DNA of 64,000 nt, taken from assembly GCA_000004695.1 (NCBI GenBank), contig CM000155.2:2080001-2144000 (forward strand). Direction: 5' to 3'. This document shows, piece by piece, positions 36,342 to 49,313 of the stretch. Position 1 is the first letter of the stretch; every line of letters starts with the position of its first letter. This DNA comes from Dictyostelium discoideum. Lineage: Eukaryota. The notes beneath the pieces were generated by a model. It made no database searches, was not told the origin of the DNA, and was given only the letters and a program-made list of their open reading frames with translations. The translations under genes and the position numbers were made by a program.

Positions 36342-37076
36342 ATGGTTTATCACTCACAATTCAACGACGAAAGTGCTGGTTTCAGATTAGTTGGTAATGT
36401 TCCAATTTTACCACTCAAAACTACACACAAAGGTCCAGCACCAAAAGGAGGTATGTTCATTTTAATTTAATTAAATATAATAAAAAAAAAAAAAAATAAA
36501 AAAAACAATAAAGAAAAGAAAAAAACGAAAATAAAAATTAAACTACAATATCCAAAAATTATATATTAACTCTTTTTTTTTTTTTTATTTTTTTAATTTA
36601 ATTATTGTCTTTTGATATTTTTTTTTTTTTTTTAATTTTTTTAATAATCAAAAACTTTCAAATAATGAAAATAAAATTATAATTGAAATAATCAAATTTA
36701 TTTATAGATGCCAACTCAGTTGATATTATCGATGAAGCACTCGATCTATTCAAAGCTAACATTTTATTCAGAAATTTTGAAGTTCAAGGTAATGGTGATC
36801 GTGTTTTAATTTATCTTACTCTTTACATTACCAAATGTCTTTTAAAGATTGCACCAATGAACAAAGCTGATGCTGAAAAAGCATTATTTTTAATTGCTCA
36901 AGAACAATTCTCAATTCCAGGTGAATCTGCTTTCCCATTAGGTGGTTTAGTAACTGTACCAAATACTCGTGATGGTAAGTTTAATCAAATATTCATTATT
37001 AATACAAGCAATAAGTGGTGTAATATGGAAGAGTATTTGTGCCATTGGATGTTTAGGAATAAGTTATATATTAAGG

Positions 37077-37137
<61 letters not shown>

Positions 37138-37180
37138 GCAATCACATGCAACATATTGGGATCCAGCAGTTTATTAAAAA

Positions 37181-37211
<31 letters not shown>

Positions 37212-37495
37212 AAGAAAAAGAGAGGATAGTGATAACAAGTACTTAATTATAACGCATTCACACCACTCTTACTTTAGATTTTTTACAACTTTGATATTTT
37301 TCATTCACTAACCTTTTTATCATCATCATTATTAATATTATTTTAGCTGCTGATACATTACGTCAATACTTCACCCAATTAAGATTGGAGCTCGGTGTTC
37401 GTCTCTGCCAACGTGTATATGCTGTTGACCCATCAAAAGCCAACAAATGGTGGATTTGCTTCTCAAAGAGAAAATTCTTAAACAAAGCCTTATAA
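36342..37495 (+). CDS. arcC: Arp2/3 complex subunit 3 (ARPC3, p21-Arc). 3 exons: 36342..36450, 36708..36974 and 37347..37495
   Basis: MVYHSQFNDESAGFRLVGNVPILPLKTTHKGPAPKG | DANSVDIIDEALDLFKANILFRNFEVQGNGDRVLIYLTLYITKCL...IPGESAFPLGGLVTVPNTRD | AADTLRQYFTQLRLELGVRLCQRVYAVDPSKANKWWICFSKRKFLNKAL. Colinear with human ARPC3. All junctions are GTAAGT/GTATGT...AG with consistent phase. Confidence 0.85.
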
Positions 37496-37833
37496 AAAAT
37501 CAAACACCATTAGTAAGATAGACTGAAATTAGTGATCGATCATCACTATTTTTTTAAAAAAAAAACAAAAAAAAAAAAAAAAAAAAACCAAACAAAACCC
37601 AAAATAAACTTGCAACAATAATAAAACAACTATTTAATTAATCATTAACCTTTGTACTTGTTCATAAAAAAGAAAATAAAATAAAAAAAAAACAAAACTG
37701 TTTTAAAACATATTGTTTGATAAAATTTTATTTTTTTGAGAATCAACTGGCCATTAAAAATATCCATTCAAATAAAAAAAAAAAAACTGATAATAAAAAA
37801 ATTCAAACAGTTTGAATGGATTTTTTTGATGGC

Positions 37834-38160
37834 TTTTTTTTTTTTTTGAATTGGATAACGCAATTATTATTTGCTTCTCCTTGAGATGCTAGATCTCATT
37901 TTATTTTTTTTTTTTTTTTTACAGGGTCTTTTTGATTAAAACATCTTTTTTGTCCAAACTTTTTTCTAAATCTTTTTTTATTTTATCGTCTGGTTCGTGA
38001 TTGATGTTTATGACGTATTTGAATTGTTTTTTTTTTAATTGAGTTTTATCCACAATTTCGCTTATTTTTTGTAGGCATTTGTGTTGCTTAATATTTGTGG
38101 TGTTGTTTGTGATTTTCATTTTATTTTCTTTCTATCTTTTTTATTTTTCTGATTAACTTG

Positions 38161-38216
<56 letters not shown>

Positions 38217-39925
38217 TTATAGAAAGTACTGAGTGAATTATTGTATTTTTTGAGATGTTTAGGAAGTTCTATTGCGGGTGTTGATGATGATTTGTGACAC
38301 CCCTTGTCCTGTTTTATCAATTGGTGCGTGGTGTGTTATTTTGTTTTTATATTGTTGATTTATTGAGTAAATTTTATTTGTTTTTATATTTGTTTCAGTT
38401 AGAAGTGCTGCGTCCAGCTTGTTGTTGTCTAAAACGGTGTTTATTATGCTGGCAGATTGGATGGTGTTGGATCCTTGGACGTTCCAAACACCTATTCTTA
38501 TTGTGTTTTTCTTTATAGTTTTATTTGGGGTAGATTTTTATCTACCTTTTGAAGTTTCTGGTTTATTTTGTCTTCTAACTGATCTTTACTTTGTTCGTTG
38601 TGTTGTTGGTCTTGTGTGTTTGTGGGGTTTTTTGATTTATTGATTTGTTTTAGAATTTCCTTGTTGAAGTTGTCTATATCTTCATCCATTTTTGTTTTTA
38701 TGCTTTTTTGTCCATATTCACCCAATTTTGGTTTGACTGGTGTTTTGTTGGTCTTGTTTGTTTTGTCTTGTTGTTTCTTTTTTGGTGTGTTTAACAATTT
38801 ACTTGGTGAATCGATAATTTTCGATGGTGTACCATAGGTTGGGCTGAAACTCATGATATGTTTTATTGGAGAGGAGAAGAACCATTGATTTGAAGGGATT
38901 GAAAGTGGGAATTCTATTTTTCTTATTGCATCAGTGTTTGGGCTGGTGAAGTCGAAGATATCATTTGCCTCTCTAAGTTTTTCTTCCGTTGTTAGTCCCT
39001 TTGTTTCGCCGTGTTGTTTTATTGGTGTATTGTATGGAGATGGTGGTTCGATAGGTTTTTCTGATTTTGTTTTAATTTCTTGATTGTTTATCGATTGTGT
39101 ATTGATCTCATTCTCTATTCTTGTTAGTTCATCTACGTTTTCTAGTGATGCTTCTATTACCTTTTGAGCTGTATCATCTAGGGCCATAAATGTTTTATCA
39201 TTAGATGAGGATGTGATTGGTGGGATAATGATTGTTCTTTTTCCTTGTTTTGGTATTTGTTCTGATGTAGATTGTGGTTGTTGTTCATCTGATTGTTTTT
39301 TATTTTTGTTTTCTTCTTGATTTTCTGGTAATGAGGTTTGATCTCTCCATCCTTTGTTGGAGTGTCCAATTAATGTTAGATTGTCTAGTTCAATGATAGT
39401 GTCAAATTCTTCTACGACTCTTTTCACTGTTTTGATAATTAGAGTTTCGCCTTTAATTTCTGATTTAATTAGTTTACATCCTTCATTTTCTATTACCCAT
39501 TCTATTTCTGTGAGTGATTTATACCAATCAAAATCTGTATACATATTTTTTGGTCTTATAGTGGTTATAAATTGTCCTTTTAATTCTGCATCAAACATAT
39601 TTACAAAATAGATTACTGTACTAATACTGTCTGTGAGAATTTTGAATGTATTATTACTTTTGATTAAAACATCTTTTTTGTCCAAACTTTTTTCTAAATC
39701 TTTTTTTATTTTATCGTCTGGTTCGTGATTGATGTTTATGACGTATTTGAATTGTTTTTTTTTTAATTGAGTTTTATCCACAATTTCGCTTATTTTTTGT
39801 AGGCATTTGTGTTGCTTAATATTTGTGGTGTTGTTTGTGATTTTCATTTTATTTTCTTTCTATCTTTTTTATTTTTCTTTAAAAAGTTAAAAATCTGGAA
39901 ATTTTCTAATTAACTTGGGTCCCCG

Positions 39926-39979
<54 letters not shown>

Positions 39980-40447
39980 TCTTTTTTATATGAAAAATGA
40001 AATAATCAAAAAAAGAGATTGTTGTTGTTGTTTGTTTTTTTCGATCTGATTATTTTTTGCTTTTTTTTTGAAAATTTTGCTACGCAAAATTCTCAAAACG
40101 AAACAAATAATAAATTACAATAAAGTAAAAAGATGGCTTTTTAAAATAGTTTATTTATTTATTTATTTGTTTTTTAAGTCTTTTTTATATGAAAAATGAA
40201 ATAATCAAAAAAAGAGATTGTTGTTGTTGTTTGTTTTTTTCGATCTGATTATTTTTTGCTTTTTTTTTGAAAATTTTGCTACGCAAAATTCTCAAAACGA
40301 AACAAATAATAAATTACAATAAAGTAAAAAGATGGCTTTTTAAAATAGTTTATTTATTTATTTATTTGTTTTTTAAGTCTTTTTTATATGAAAAATGAAA
40401 TAATCAAAAAAAGAGATTGTTGTTGTTGTTTGTTTTTTTCGATCTCA
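37834..40447 (-). mobile_element. TRE5-A.2-like internally deleted (about 2.6 kb) copy of the TRE5-A retrotransposon, upstream of tRNA-Glu
   Basis: On the minus strand: about 2.4 A-modules (39977-40447), B-module (39848-39976), intact ORF1 (39847-38513), then ORF2 reduced to a short 5' stub joined at about 38270 to its last about 60 bp, 3' B-module with ORF1-start duplicate (38230-37926), C-module (37925-37848), T-run tail (37834-37847). TSD (t)n-gatggc at 37822-37833 and 40460-40471. Confidence 0.8.
38513..39847 (-). CDS. TRE5-A ORF1 protein (444 aa, with ATG start)
   Basis: Intact ORF, 97% identical to copy-1 ORF1. N-terminal extension MKITNNTTNIKQHKCLQKISEIVDKTQLKKKQFKY. Confidence 0.75.
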   Translation of the reverse strand: MKITNNTTNIKQHKCLQKISEIVDKTQLKKKQFKYVININHEPDDKIKKDLEKSLDKKDVLIKSNNTFKILTDSISTVIYFVNMFDAELKGQFITTIRPKNMYTDFDWYKSLTEIEWVIENEGCKLIKSEIKGETLIIKTVKRVVEEFDTIIELDNLTLIGHSNKGWRDQTSLPENQEENKNKKQSDEQQPQSTSEQIPKQGKRTIIIPPITSSSNDKTFMALDDTAQKVIEASLENVDELTRIENEINTQSINNQEIKTKSEKPIEPPSPYNTPIKQHGETKGLTTEEKLREANDIFDFTSPNTDAIRKIEFPLSIPSNQWFFSSPIKHIMSFSPTYGTPSKIIDSPSKLLNTPKKKQQDKTNKTNKTPVKPKLGEYGQKSIKTKMDEDIDNFNKEILKQINKSKNPTNTQDQQHNEQSKDQLEDKINQKLQKVDKNLPQIKL

Positions 40448-40505
40448 TTTTTTTTTTTTTTTTTTGATGGCCAGTTACTTCTAAAAAAAAATAATTTTAT
40501 CCAAT

Positions 40506-40577
40506 TCCTCATTGGTGTAGTCGGTAACACTCTAGTCTTTCACACTGGTACCTCGGGTTCGATTCCCGAATGGGGAG
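40506..40577 (+). tRNA. tRNA-Glu (anticodon TTC)
   Basis: TCCTCATTGGTGTAGTCGGTAACACTCTAGTCTTTCACACTGGTACCTCGGGTTCGATTCCCGAATGGGGAG. Anticodon loop CTTTCAC, acceptor TCCTCAT/ATGGGGA with one G-U pair. Confidence 0.85.
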
Positions 40578-40603
40578 CTTTTACAACGATTCCCCAAAGA
40601 TCA

Positions 40604-40619
40604 ATGGATCGATTCCCAT
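40604..40619 (+). promoter_or_regulatory. Candidate external B-box downstream of tRNA-Glu
   Basis: atGGATCGATTCCCat, about 30 bp after the tRNA 3' end. Confidence 0.45.
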
Positions 40620-41499
40620 GGGCTCTTTAATTGAATAAGAGATACCGAATTAGTATACTATATTTTTTAAAAAGTGTAAAAATCAGCCACACAAGATTAC
40701 ACATATAAAATCAAAAATTTAAAAAATCTTTGGTGAAAGACCCTCAGTTTATTCACAATATAAATGACTAGATAATAAAAATAGTAATTGTATTACTACA
40801 ATAATTCAACAGATCAGAGCACCAACCAATGAAACCACACGAAATCCACCAAGGTCCAAACGATTTCCCTAATAATATAAATAAATTAAGAAAATTAACT
40901 CTCAAATAAGCTTATTGTATTCCAGAATCATTCCTAACAATTATCTTTCCACCAATTCATTTAGCTGATTCCAATTCTATTATTTTGTTTCTTTAAATAC
41001 AAGCATATTTTAAAATGGATATCTTTAAAAAAAAATATAATTATAACTATAATTAAAATTGTTTATTTGATATTTTAAATTTTAAAAAAATAATTTCCTT
41101 TAACGGATAAACACTGATTAATATTACTTTAAATTTGTTTCTATTCAATTCCAACAATCCATTTTTCAATTTTTTCTATCCAACTAAGTTTTCATTCCTA
41201 ACAAAGATAATTCACAACTGGAAAAAAAAAAGTTGGATGCCATAACCTATAACTTATAGGTTAAAAATTCTGTCAGACTAATATCAAAAATAAAATAATA
41301 CAAATTAACCTATGGTCCAAGAAAATCTGAAATAAAAAATCCAAGAATAAAAAAAAAAAAAAAAACAAATAATATGTATCATACAAATAAAATAAAACTA
41401 ATCCAACAAACTTGAAATTTAAACATTATAAAAAAAAAAAAAAATTCAATAATTAAATTAATAATTATTGGTATTTTATTATTTTTATTATTTTTATTT

Positions 41500-43946
41500 T
41501 TATTGTTTTCTAAATAAAGTTCTTTTTTGATTTCTAAATTCAAATTCATCTCTACCAACTAAAATATCGACAGCCTTTAAAATTGTAAAATGATCTAAAC
41601 CAGAACGAGATAATTGAAAACGAACATCTTTAATTCTAATACTTGAACCAATGGGTACTCTATCTTTAAGGTATTTTTCAGCGGTTCTAATATTTTCTAA
41701 ACGTTCAGGTGTTAAAGTTTCATTTACAGTATTATTGGTAGTGATTGCATCAAATGTTGAGATATCGAATAAACGAATTGCCTCTTTTGCATGTTCATTC
41801 GTAGCAATTGGAGATAAGGACATTTTTGCCAATGATTCAGAGATACGAATGATAGCTTCTAATTGACGAACAGTGATTGGAATTGCATTTTTTCTTTTCT
41901 TTCTTTCAGTTTCAACTGAGTTTTTTGAACCACCACCACCATAACTACCATTATTAATCATTTCTTGTTCTTTTGATTTTGCACGTACTGAAACGTAATG
42001 ATTTTTTAAAGTTGTAACGGCATCTTCAGATAAACGAGGACTAATTCTTGAACGAGCATATGCAATATATTTTTTCAAGTATTGAATTGTAACTTCATTC
42101 TCACCGATGTGACTATCATCAACGACAGTATTTGAAAGGTCATAAGTATTATTACCAACACTACCACTACCACCACTACGACTTGATTTCTCGTGAATAT
42201 TAATGACATGTTTTGAGATGATGAAATCACGTTTCTCATTCTTTGGATCTTTTACAATGAAAATTAAATCAAAACGTGAAAGAATAGTAGATTGAAAGTT
42301 AATATTGTCATCTGCAGCATCATTATAACGACCATAGACGGGATTTGCAGCGGCCAATACTGAGGTTCTACTATTTAAAATGGTGGTAATACCTGCTTTT
42401 GCAATTGATATGGTTTGTTGTTCCATAGCTTCATGAATTGCAACACGATCATCAACATTCATTTTATCAAATTCATCAATACATACTACGCCACCATCAG
42501 CAACCACCATTGCACCACCCTCCAAATAGTACTCACCAGTGGAGGGTTCACGAATTACCGATGCTGTTAAACCCGCAGCACTACTACCTTTACCACTTGT
42601 ATAGACTGAAATGGGTGCAACCTTCTCTACGAATTTCAATAGTTGTGATTTAGCAGTACCAGGATCACCCAATAACAAGAGATTAATATCACCTCTTAAT
42701 CTCATTTTATCGGGTAGTTTCTTTGAACTTCCACCAAATAGTTGACAACTAATTGCACGTTTAATATCTTCATGACCATAGATTGAAGGTGCAATTGAAC
42801 TTGCTATAATATTTCTTAGATCTTGTCTTCTTGAGAATACCTTGAAAGATTGTTCCTCAGAAGGTGTGAAATGCATTGAATCACGACCTGCATTATCAGA
42901 GGTAATACCCAACACTCTTAGATAATTGGTACGAATTGTACCACCTGCAATCTCTCTTCTTTTACCTCCACCCTCAAATATACCTAAAACACCCAACACC
43001 TTTATACGTGTACCTGGTGTAATTTTATCTGCTAAACTTTTATCCAATGATAATATAATATGACGTGGCATTTCACCGGTTGGAATTGTTTCAGGTGATT
43101 CTTGAAGTTTTAAAATCTGTTGATTTACAAATGTAGATTGATCCGATAATACCACATATGGATTGTTTGGACATGGTTTACCTGCATCATTTGATCCTCT
43201 CTCACATTGTTGTGGAAGTACAGATGATACAATGCCCGGTCTAATATGTAAGGTTTGGGTATGTTGACAATTTTTACATTTTACTACCATCGTCGATGGT
43301 TTTGGTTGAGTTCTACTCGCTGAAATAACTATACCTTGAACTTTTACCAATTTACTAATTAATCCTGCCCTTAAATATCTAATTGGTTCAGGATTAGCTG
43401 AACTCTTAAATAATATTTGAATATCTTCATCAACTTGTTCTTTATTATAATTCATTTCTTTAATAATATCTTTAATTGCATCTTCAAACTTTTTTTTTTA
43501 ATTAATAATATAAAAAAAAAAAAAAAAAAAATTAGTAAAATAAAACTTAAACATATAATTAAGGAGTAATTATTATTATTTATTTATTATTATTATTTAT
43601 TTATTATTATTATTTATTATTATTACTATTATTATTATTATTTTTATTGAATATACTTTACTGATGGCATTAATTCATTTGGTGAAGAAATAAAACGACC
43701 TGATAATTCTTGATTAAAATCTGTTAAATGATCAATACTAACTTCAATATAATGCCATCCTAAATTATAATGTTGTCTTAATTGTTCTTTATATATAAAT
43801 ACATTATCTTGATCCTTCCATTCATTTATAAATCTTTTAAATAAATCTCGAACGCTTGTATCTTCAACGAATCCATTGTTTTTTTTAAATCCACCTTTAC
43901 CTCCACCACCACTAACTGTTACATTTCCTTCATCAAATCCTGACAT
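41500..43946 (-). CDS. mcm5: DNA replication licensing factor MCM5. 2 exons: 43946..43662 and 43488..41500
   Basis: Exon 1 is MSGFDEGN...RQHYNLGWHYIEVSIDHL...NELMPS (compare human MCM5 MSGFDD...RHYNLGEYWIEV), then donor GTAAAG. Acceptor aaaaaaaag. Exon 2 is FEDAIKDIIKE...; MCM box LLLGDPGTAKSQLLKFVEKVAPISVYTSGKGSSAAGLTASV, arginine finger SRFDLIFIV. About 757 aa in total. Confidence 0.85.
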
Positions 43947-44128
43947 TCCTCTATATATATATATTTTATTTATTTTTTATTTAAAAAAAAAAAAAAATAA
44001 TAAAAAAAATAAAAATAAAAAAAAAAGAGAGATATTATTTGCGCCTTTTCTTTTTATTTAAAAAAAAAAAAAAATTAAAAAAAAAAAAAAATAAAAAAAA
44101 AAAAAAAAAAAAAGCGGCAAGTGTTTAG

Positions 44129-44166
<38 letters not shown>

Positions 44167-44227
44167 TTTTTTTTTATAAACTTAATAATCCCAAATTTGT
44201 TAATTTGTTAATCAAGAAAAAAAAAGG

Positions 44228-44280
<53 letters not shown>

Positions 44281-44293
44281 TTATAATTTTAAA

Positions 44294-44325
<32 letters not shown>

Positions 44326-44834
44326 TTATAATTTAAATAAATTATATTTTAGTTGTATATATTATTTTTCATCCCTAGTTTTAATTTGAATTCTTGTAAA
44401 CAAATATTGATCTTTAAAAAACTAAAATGGTAACCATATTGGTATATTATTTTTAAAAAAAAAAAAAAAGAAATCCGTTGTAAATTTTTTTTCAAAATTA
44501 AAAATATCTGAAAAATTGCCAGTTTCTTAGAAAGAAAAATTTTTATTTTTTTTTTTTTTTTTATTTTTTTTTATTTTTTTTTACACAATTTTTTTTTGTT
44601 TAGAAAGAAAACTATTTTTTTTTATTTTTTTTTATTTTTTTTTTTTATTTTTTTTTCTTTCGTTTATTCACTAAAACAAATTTAATTGTAAGTTTATACT
44701 TATTTTATATATATATATTTATTTTTTTGTTTGTTTTTTTTTATCTCCACACTAACATCTCTTAACTTTTTTTTTTTTTATTCAACTTTTTTTTTTTTTT
44801 TTTTTCAATTTTAGAAACTCAATTTTTAAAAAAG

Positions 44835-47096
44835 ATGCCACCAAAGAAAAGACAATTATCACAAAGTGATGAAGATGTAAAAACCACTACAACCACTACT
44901 ACTTCAACATCAACAAAACCACTCACTGAAATTTTCGATGGAATTGTATTTTGTTTTTCAGGTACATTTTCAGTAACACAAACTGAATTAACAAAAAAAG
45001 TTGAAGGTTGTGGCGCATCAACCTCAAAAACATGCACTGCTAAAGTTACACATTTAGTATCAACTGTAGATGATTTTAAAAAGAATGGTACAGCAGTTTC
45101 AAAAGCTCTCAAATCTGGTATTCCAATTGTAACCGAAGGTTTCATTACTAAATCAATTGAAGCATCAAAGAAATTGGAAGAAAAAGATTATTCACTTTCA
45201 TCTTCAAACGATGACGAAGAGGAAGAAGAAGAAGAGGAAGAAGAAGAGGAAGAGGAAGAAGAAGAAGAAGTTGCCAAACCAACTAGAAGATCATCAAAGA
45301 AAGCACCAGCTAAATCTGAAGAAAAAGGAGAAGATAAAAATAAACTTACAACTCGTCCAACTAAAAAAACTAAAACCAATACAAGTGAAGCTGAAACCAA
45401 AACAGCTGCATCAGATCTTGATGATAGCAGTAGTGAATCTGAAGATGAAAAAAATCAAATCAGTGTTAAAATTAAAGGAAGAGCTGCAAATGATCCACAT
45501 TTCCCAGATTCAAGAGTAAGTTTTTAAACTATAGTATAGTAAAAAAACACTATTTTAAAACTATTTTAATTAACTAATTTTCTTTTTATTAATAACAGTT
45601 TCATGTTTATGAAAATGGTAAAGATGTTTATGATGCAACATTAAATCAAACAGAAATTTCACAAAACAATAATAAATTTTATATTATTCAACTTTTGGAA
45701 GCAGATGATGGTAGTTCATATTCAGTTTGGAATCGTTGGGGTAGAGAAGGTTTAAAGGGACAAAGTTCAAGAAAAGATTTTGGTAAAGGTGGATTAAATC
45801 AAGCCATTTCATTGTTTTGTAGCAAATTTTATGAAAAAACCAAAAATACCTTTACTGATAGAGCCAACTTTAAAAAGGTTGCTGGTAAATATGATATGAT
45901 TGAATTAGATTATAGTACTGATTCAAAGCCAAAGAATGGTGCCTCCACCACTGCTACCACCACCACCACCAAAAAAGTTGTTGAACATAAGAAAGAATGT
46001 TCATTGGATGAAAGAGTACAAGAATTGGTTAAATTAATATTCGATGTTAAAATGATGGAGAGAACAATGACTGAAGCCAAATATGATCTCAAGAAAATGC
46101 CATTAGGTAAACTTTCAAAGAATCAAATCACCAAAGGTTATTTGGTATTGAAACAAATTGAAGATGTTATGGGTGGTAAAAGTGGTGAAAGTTTATCAAC
46201 TCTCTCAAGTAGATTCTACACAATCATTCCACACGCATTTGGTATGTCTGTTCCACCAGTAATCAATACCAATCAAATGTTGATTGAAAAAATGAATATG
46301 CTTCAAAATCTTGCCGATATCGAAATCGCTACCAACATTATCAAGGATAGTGAATCTGATGAATCAAACATTTTGGAATTACATTATGCAAAATTAAAAA
46401 CAGATATTCAACCACTCGATGAAAACTCTTGTGAATATAAAAATATTTTATTATATGTTAAAAACACTTATCAAGGTGGAAAGAAACCAACCATTGTAAA
46501 CATTTTCAAGATTGATCGTGATGGTGAAGCAGATCGTTATAAAACTAAAAAACATCTTGGTAATAGAAAACTCTTATGGCATGGTTCTCGTTTAACAAAT
46601 TATGCTTCCATCATTTCACAAGGTTTAAGAATTGCTCCACCTGAAGCTCCAGTTTCTGGTTATAGATTTGGAAAAGGTGTTTATTTTGCTGGTAAGTATT
46701 AAATTATAATAATAATAATATTAATATTTATATAAATTTATACTAATTTAATTTATTTATTTTATAGATTGTATGTCACTTTCTGCAAATTATTGTAGAA
46801 CAGTTGGATCTAATGATTTTTGTATGTTATTAGGTGATGTTGCATTGGGTAAAACTGCAGATTTGGCTAGAGATACTTATATGGAGAAACCACAACCAAA
46901 TTCTCATTCAACTTGGGCTTTAGGTACTGTTGAACCAGATCCAAAAGTATTTTTCCAAGATACTGAAGGTTGTATCACTCCATACGGCCAAATGATTCCA
47001 TCTCAACATAAAGGTGTTTCTTGTTATGAACATCAATATGTCGTTTATGATGTTGCTCAAGTTCATTTGAAATATCTTTTGCAATTAAGAAATTAA
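44835..47096 (+). CDS. Poly(ADP-ribose) polymerase with N-terminal BRCT domain (BRCT-WGR-PARP regulatory-catalytic). 3 exons: 44835..45515, 45599..46691 and 46768..47096
   Basis: BRCT-like FDGIVFCFSGTFSVTQTELTKKVEGCGA...; poly-E tract. Exon 2 has the WGR domain KFYIIQLLEADDGSSYSVWNRWGREG and the catalytic core LLWHGSRLTNYASIISQGLRIAPPEAPVSGYRFGKGVYFA. Exon 3 is DCMSLSANYC...LLGDVALGK. The summed exon length is a multiple of 3 and all junctions are GTAAGT...AG. Confidence 0.85.
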
Positions 47097-47295
47097 TAAA
47101 CTATATTTAATTGTATAATAATAATAATAATAATAAAATAAAAAAAATAAAAAAATAAAATAAAAAAAATAATAAAAAAAATAATAAAAAAATAATAGAA
47201 AAAAAAAATTAAATAATTATTAATTTATTTAAAACATATATTTAAATAGTTTATTATTTTATTAAATTTAATAATAAATTATTTTAATTTTTATT

Positions 47296-48523
47296 TTAAA
47301 CTTTAATTTCTTCTTGTCTACTTGATTCAGTTTCTTCGGTTGAAGATACTAATGTATTTGAAGAAGCAGCTGCAGTATTATTACTATCTTTATTTTCAAT
47401 ATTAATAGTTGTTGTTAAAGTTGTAGCAGTTTGTGTTGATACTACTGCTGAACTTGAGCTATTTGCATTATTTTCAATATTAATTGAAGTTGTTGTTGAA
47501 ATTGCAGTTTCAGTTGTGGTTGTTGTTGTGGTTTGTTCTTGTTGTTGTTTCTTTACTTCTTGCTCTTTAAGAATTTCTTCTCTATATAATTCAATCATTT
47601 TTTTATCTAACTCACGTGACTAAACATTATTAAAATTAATTATTTTTATTTTTTTTTAATTCCAAATGAATAAATAGTTAGTAAAAAAATCATAGAAATA
47701 ATTTAAAATTTTTGAAAAAAAAAAAAAAAAACAAGTATGAACTCAATAATATGATTTTCAAATAAAAAAAAAAGAAAAAAAAAAAGAAAAAAAGATATTT
47801 TTTTTTTGAAATTTTTTTTGAATTTTTCCTTGAAAATATCTTTTTTTACACCCATGAAAAAATTGTGTTGATCAAAAAAAAAAAAAAAATAATAATAATA
47901 ATAATAATAATAAAAAGATAGGGTTTAAACTTACTTCATCATATCTACTCTTATATAAATCTAAAACATATTTTTCAATTTTCTTTTGGAAACCTAATAC
48001 TGATACCAATAGTTCAACAGTACCAGTTTGAGTGAATTGACACCAATTTGGGTTCTCTGGATGAACTTCATAAACTGTAATATCAATCATCTTTGCTTTG
48101 CTACTTAATGTTTCATTAGTTGTTTTAATAGTAATTTTTCTATTAGCTTTATCATGATATGATTCTTCAATAAATACTGAATGTTTAATATCAAAAAGCT
48201 ATATAATATTATTTATTAAAAAAATATAAAAAAAATAAAAATATGTAAGAATGTAATGAGTTTATTTTTTTATTTTTATTTTTATTTATAATAAAATTTT
48301 ATTAAATAATTACAGTTTTAAACCAACCTGGTGCATCAACTTCTAATTTTGTTTTTCTAATTCTTTTTTCATTGCCATTTTCTTCTGTAATTTGTTCAAC
48401 AATTTCAGAATCTATGATGAATGGAAATAACGGATGATTTGGAAATCTTTTATTATAAACTTCCCAATAGAATTCTAATGGGCATTCGTATGTATAGGCT
48501 GGAAATGTATGGGATGCTGGCAT
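47296..48523 (-). CDS. PRELI/MSF1 (slowmo) domain protein. 3 exons: 48523..48314, 48198..47935 and 47619..47296
   Basis: Exon 1 is MPASHTFPAYTYECPLEFYWEVYNKRFPNHPLFPFIIDSEIVEQ..., compare PRELID1 [31 protein letters not shown]. Exon 2 is LFDIKHSVFIEESYHDKANRKITIKTTNETL...YKSRYDE. Exon 3 (lower confidence) is SRELDKKMIELYREEILKEQE... with a T/S-rich tail. Confidence 0.65.
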
Positions 48524-49206
48524 TTTATTTATTATTTATTTAAATATCTAGATTTTTTTTTTTTTTTTTTTCTATGGGGGGGTTTTTTTATTTTTATTTT
48601 ATTTTATTTACAAATTATAATTTATACAAAGTATTTTATATTTAAAAAATTATTATTTTAAAGAAAAAAAAAAAAAAAGTGAAAATAATGATAATAATAA
48701 AATTATATATAAAATATGGTAATAATAGAAAGGTAATAAATAATTAATGGTTTGGTTATGGTGGTGAAAATAAAAAATTATTTTGAATTTTTTTTTTATT
48801 TTTTGTTTTTTTTTTTTTTTTAAATTTTTTTTTTTTTTATTTTAAAATAATTTTAATTTTTTTTTTTTTTTTTTACCATGATTTTTTTTTTTTTTTTTTT
48901 TTTTTTATTTTCGTTTTTGTCAGATTCCATAATTTCCCCCAACATTTTTGTATAGATATTTTTTTTAACTTTTGATTTTTTTTTTTTTTTTTTTTTAGAT
49001 TACAAATTTGTTTACTATTTAGGAAATAGATAATATAGAAAATAAAAAATATATAATAAAATATTATAAAATATAATAAAATATTATAAAATATAATAAA
49101 ATATAATAAAATAATAAAATACAATAAAATATAATGAAATATAATAAAATATAATAAAATAAATAAAATAAAATAAAAATAATTAATATTAAAAACATAA
49201 TACACA

Positions 49207-49278
49207 ATGACAAATACTAAAAAATCAAAACAAAAGAATACTGTTGGAAATAAAGTAAAAAAAACAAATACAAATAAA

Positions 49279-49313
<35 letters not shown>

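Noticed and set aside
36857-37229. ORFs 36857-37138 and 36969-37229 ending in poly-K
   Set aside because: These are read-through of ARPC3 exon 2 into its intron 2, where a poly-A tract is translated as K. The spliced gene matches ARPC3 colinearly.
44819-45400. Minus-strand ORFs 44819-45145 and 45188-45400 and plus-strand ORF 45157-45519
   Set aside because: These are antisense or alternative-frame readings of PARP exon 1, including its GAA-repeat (poly-E) tract.
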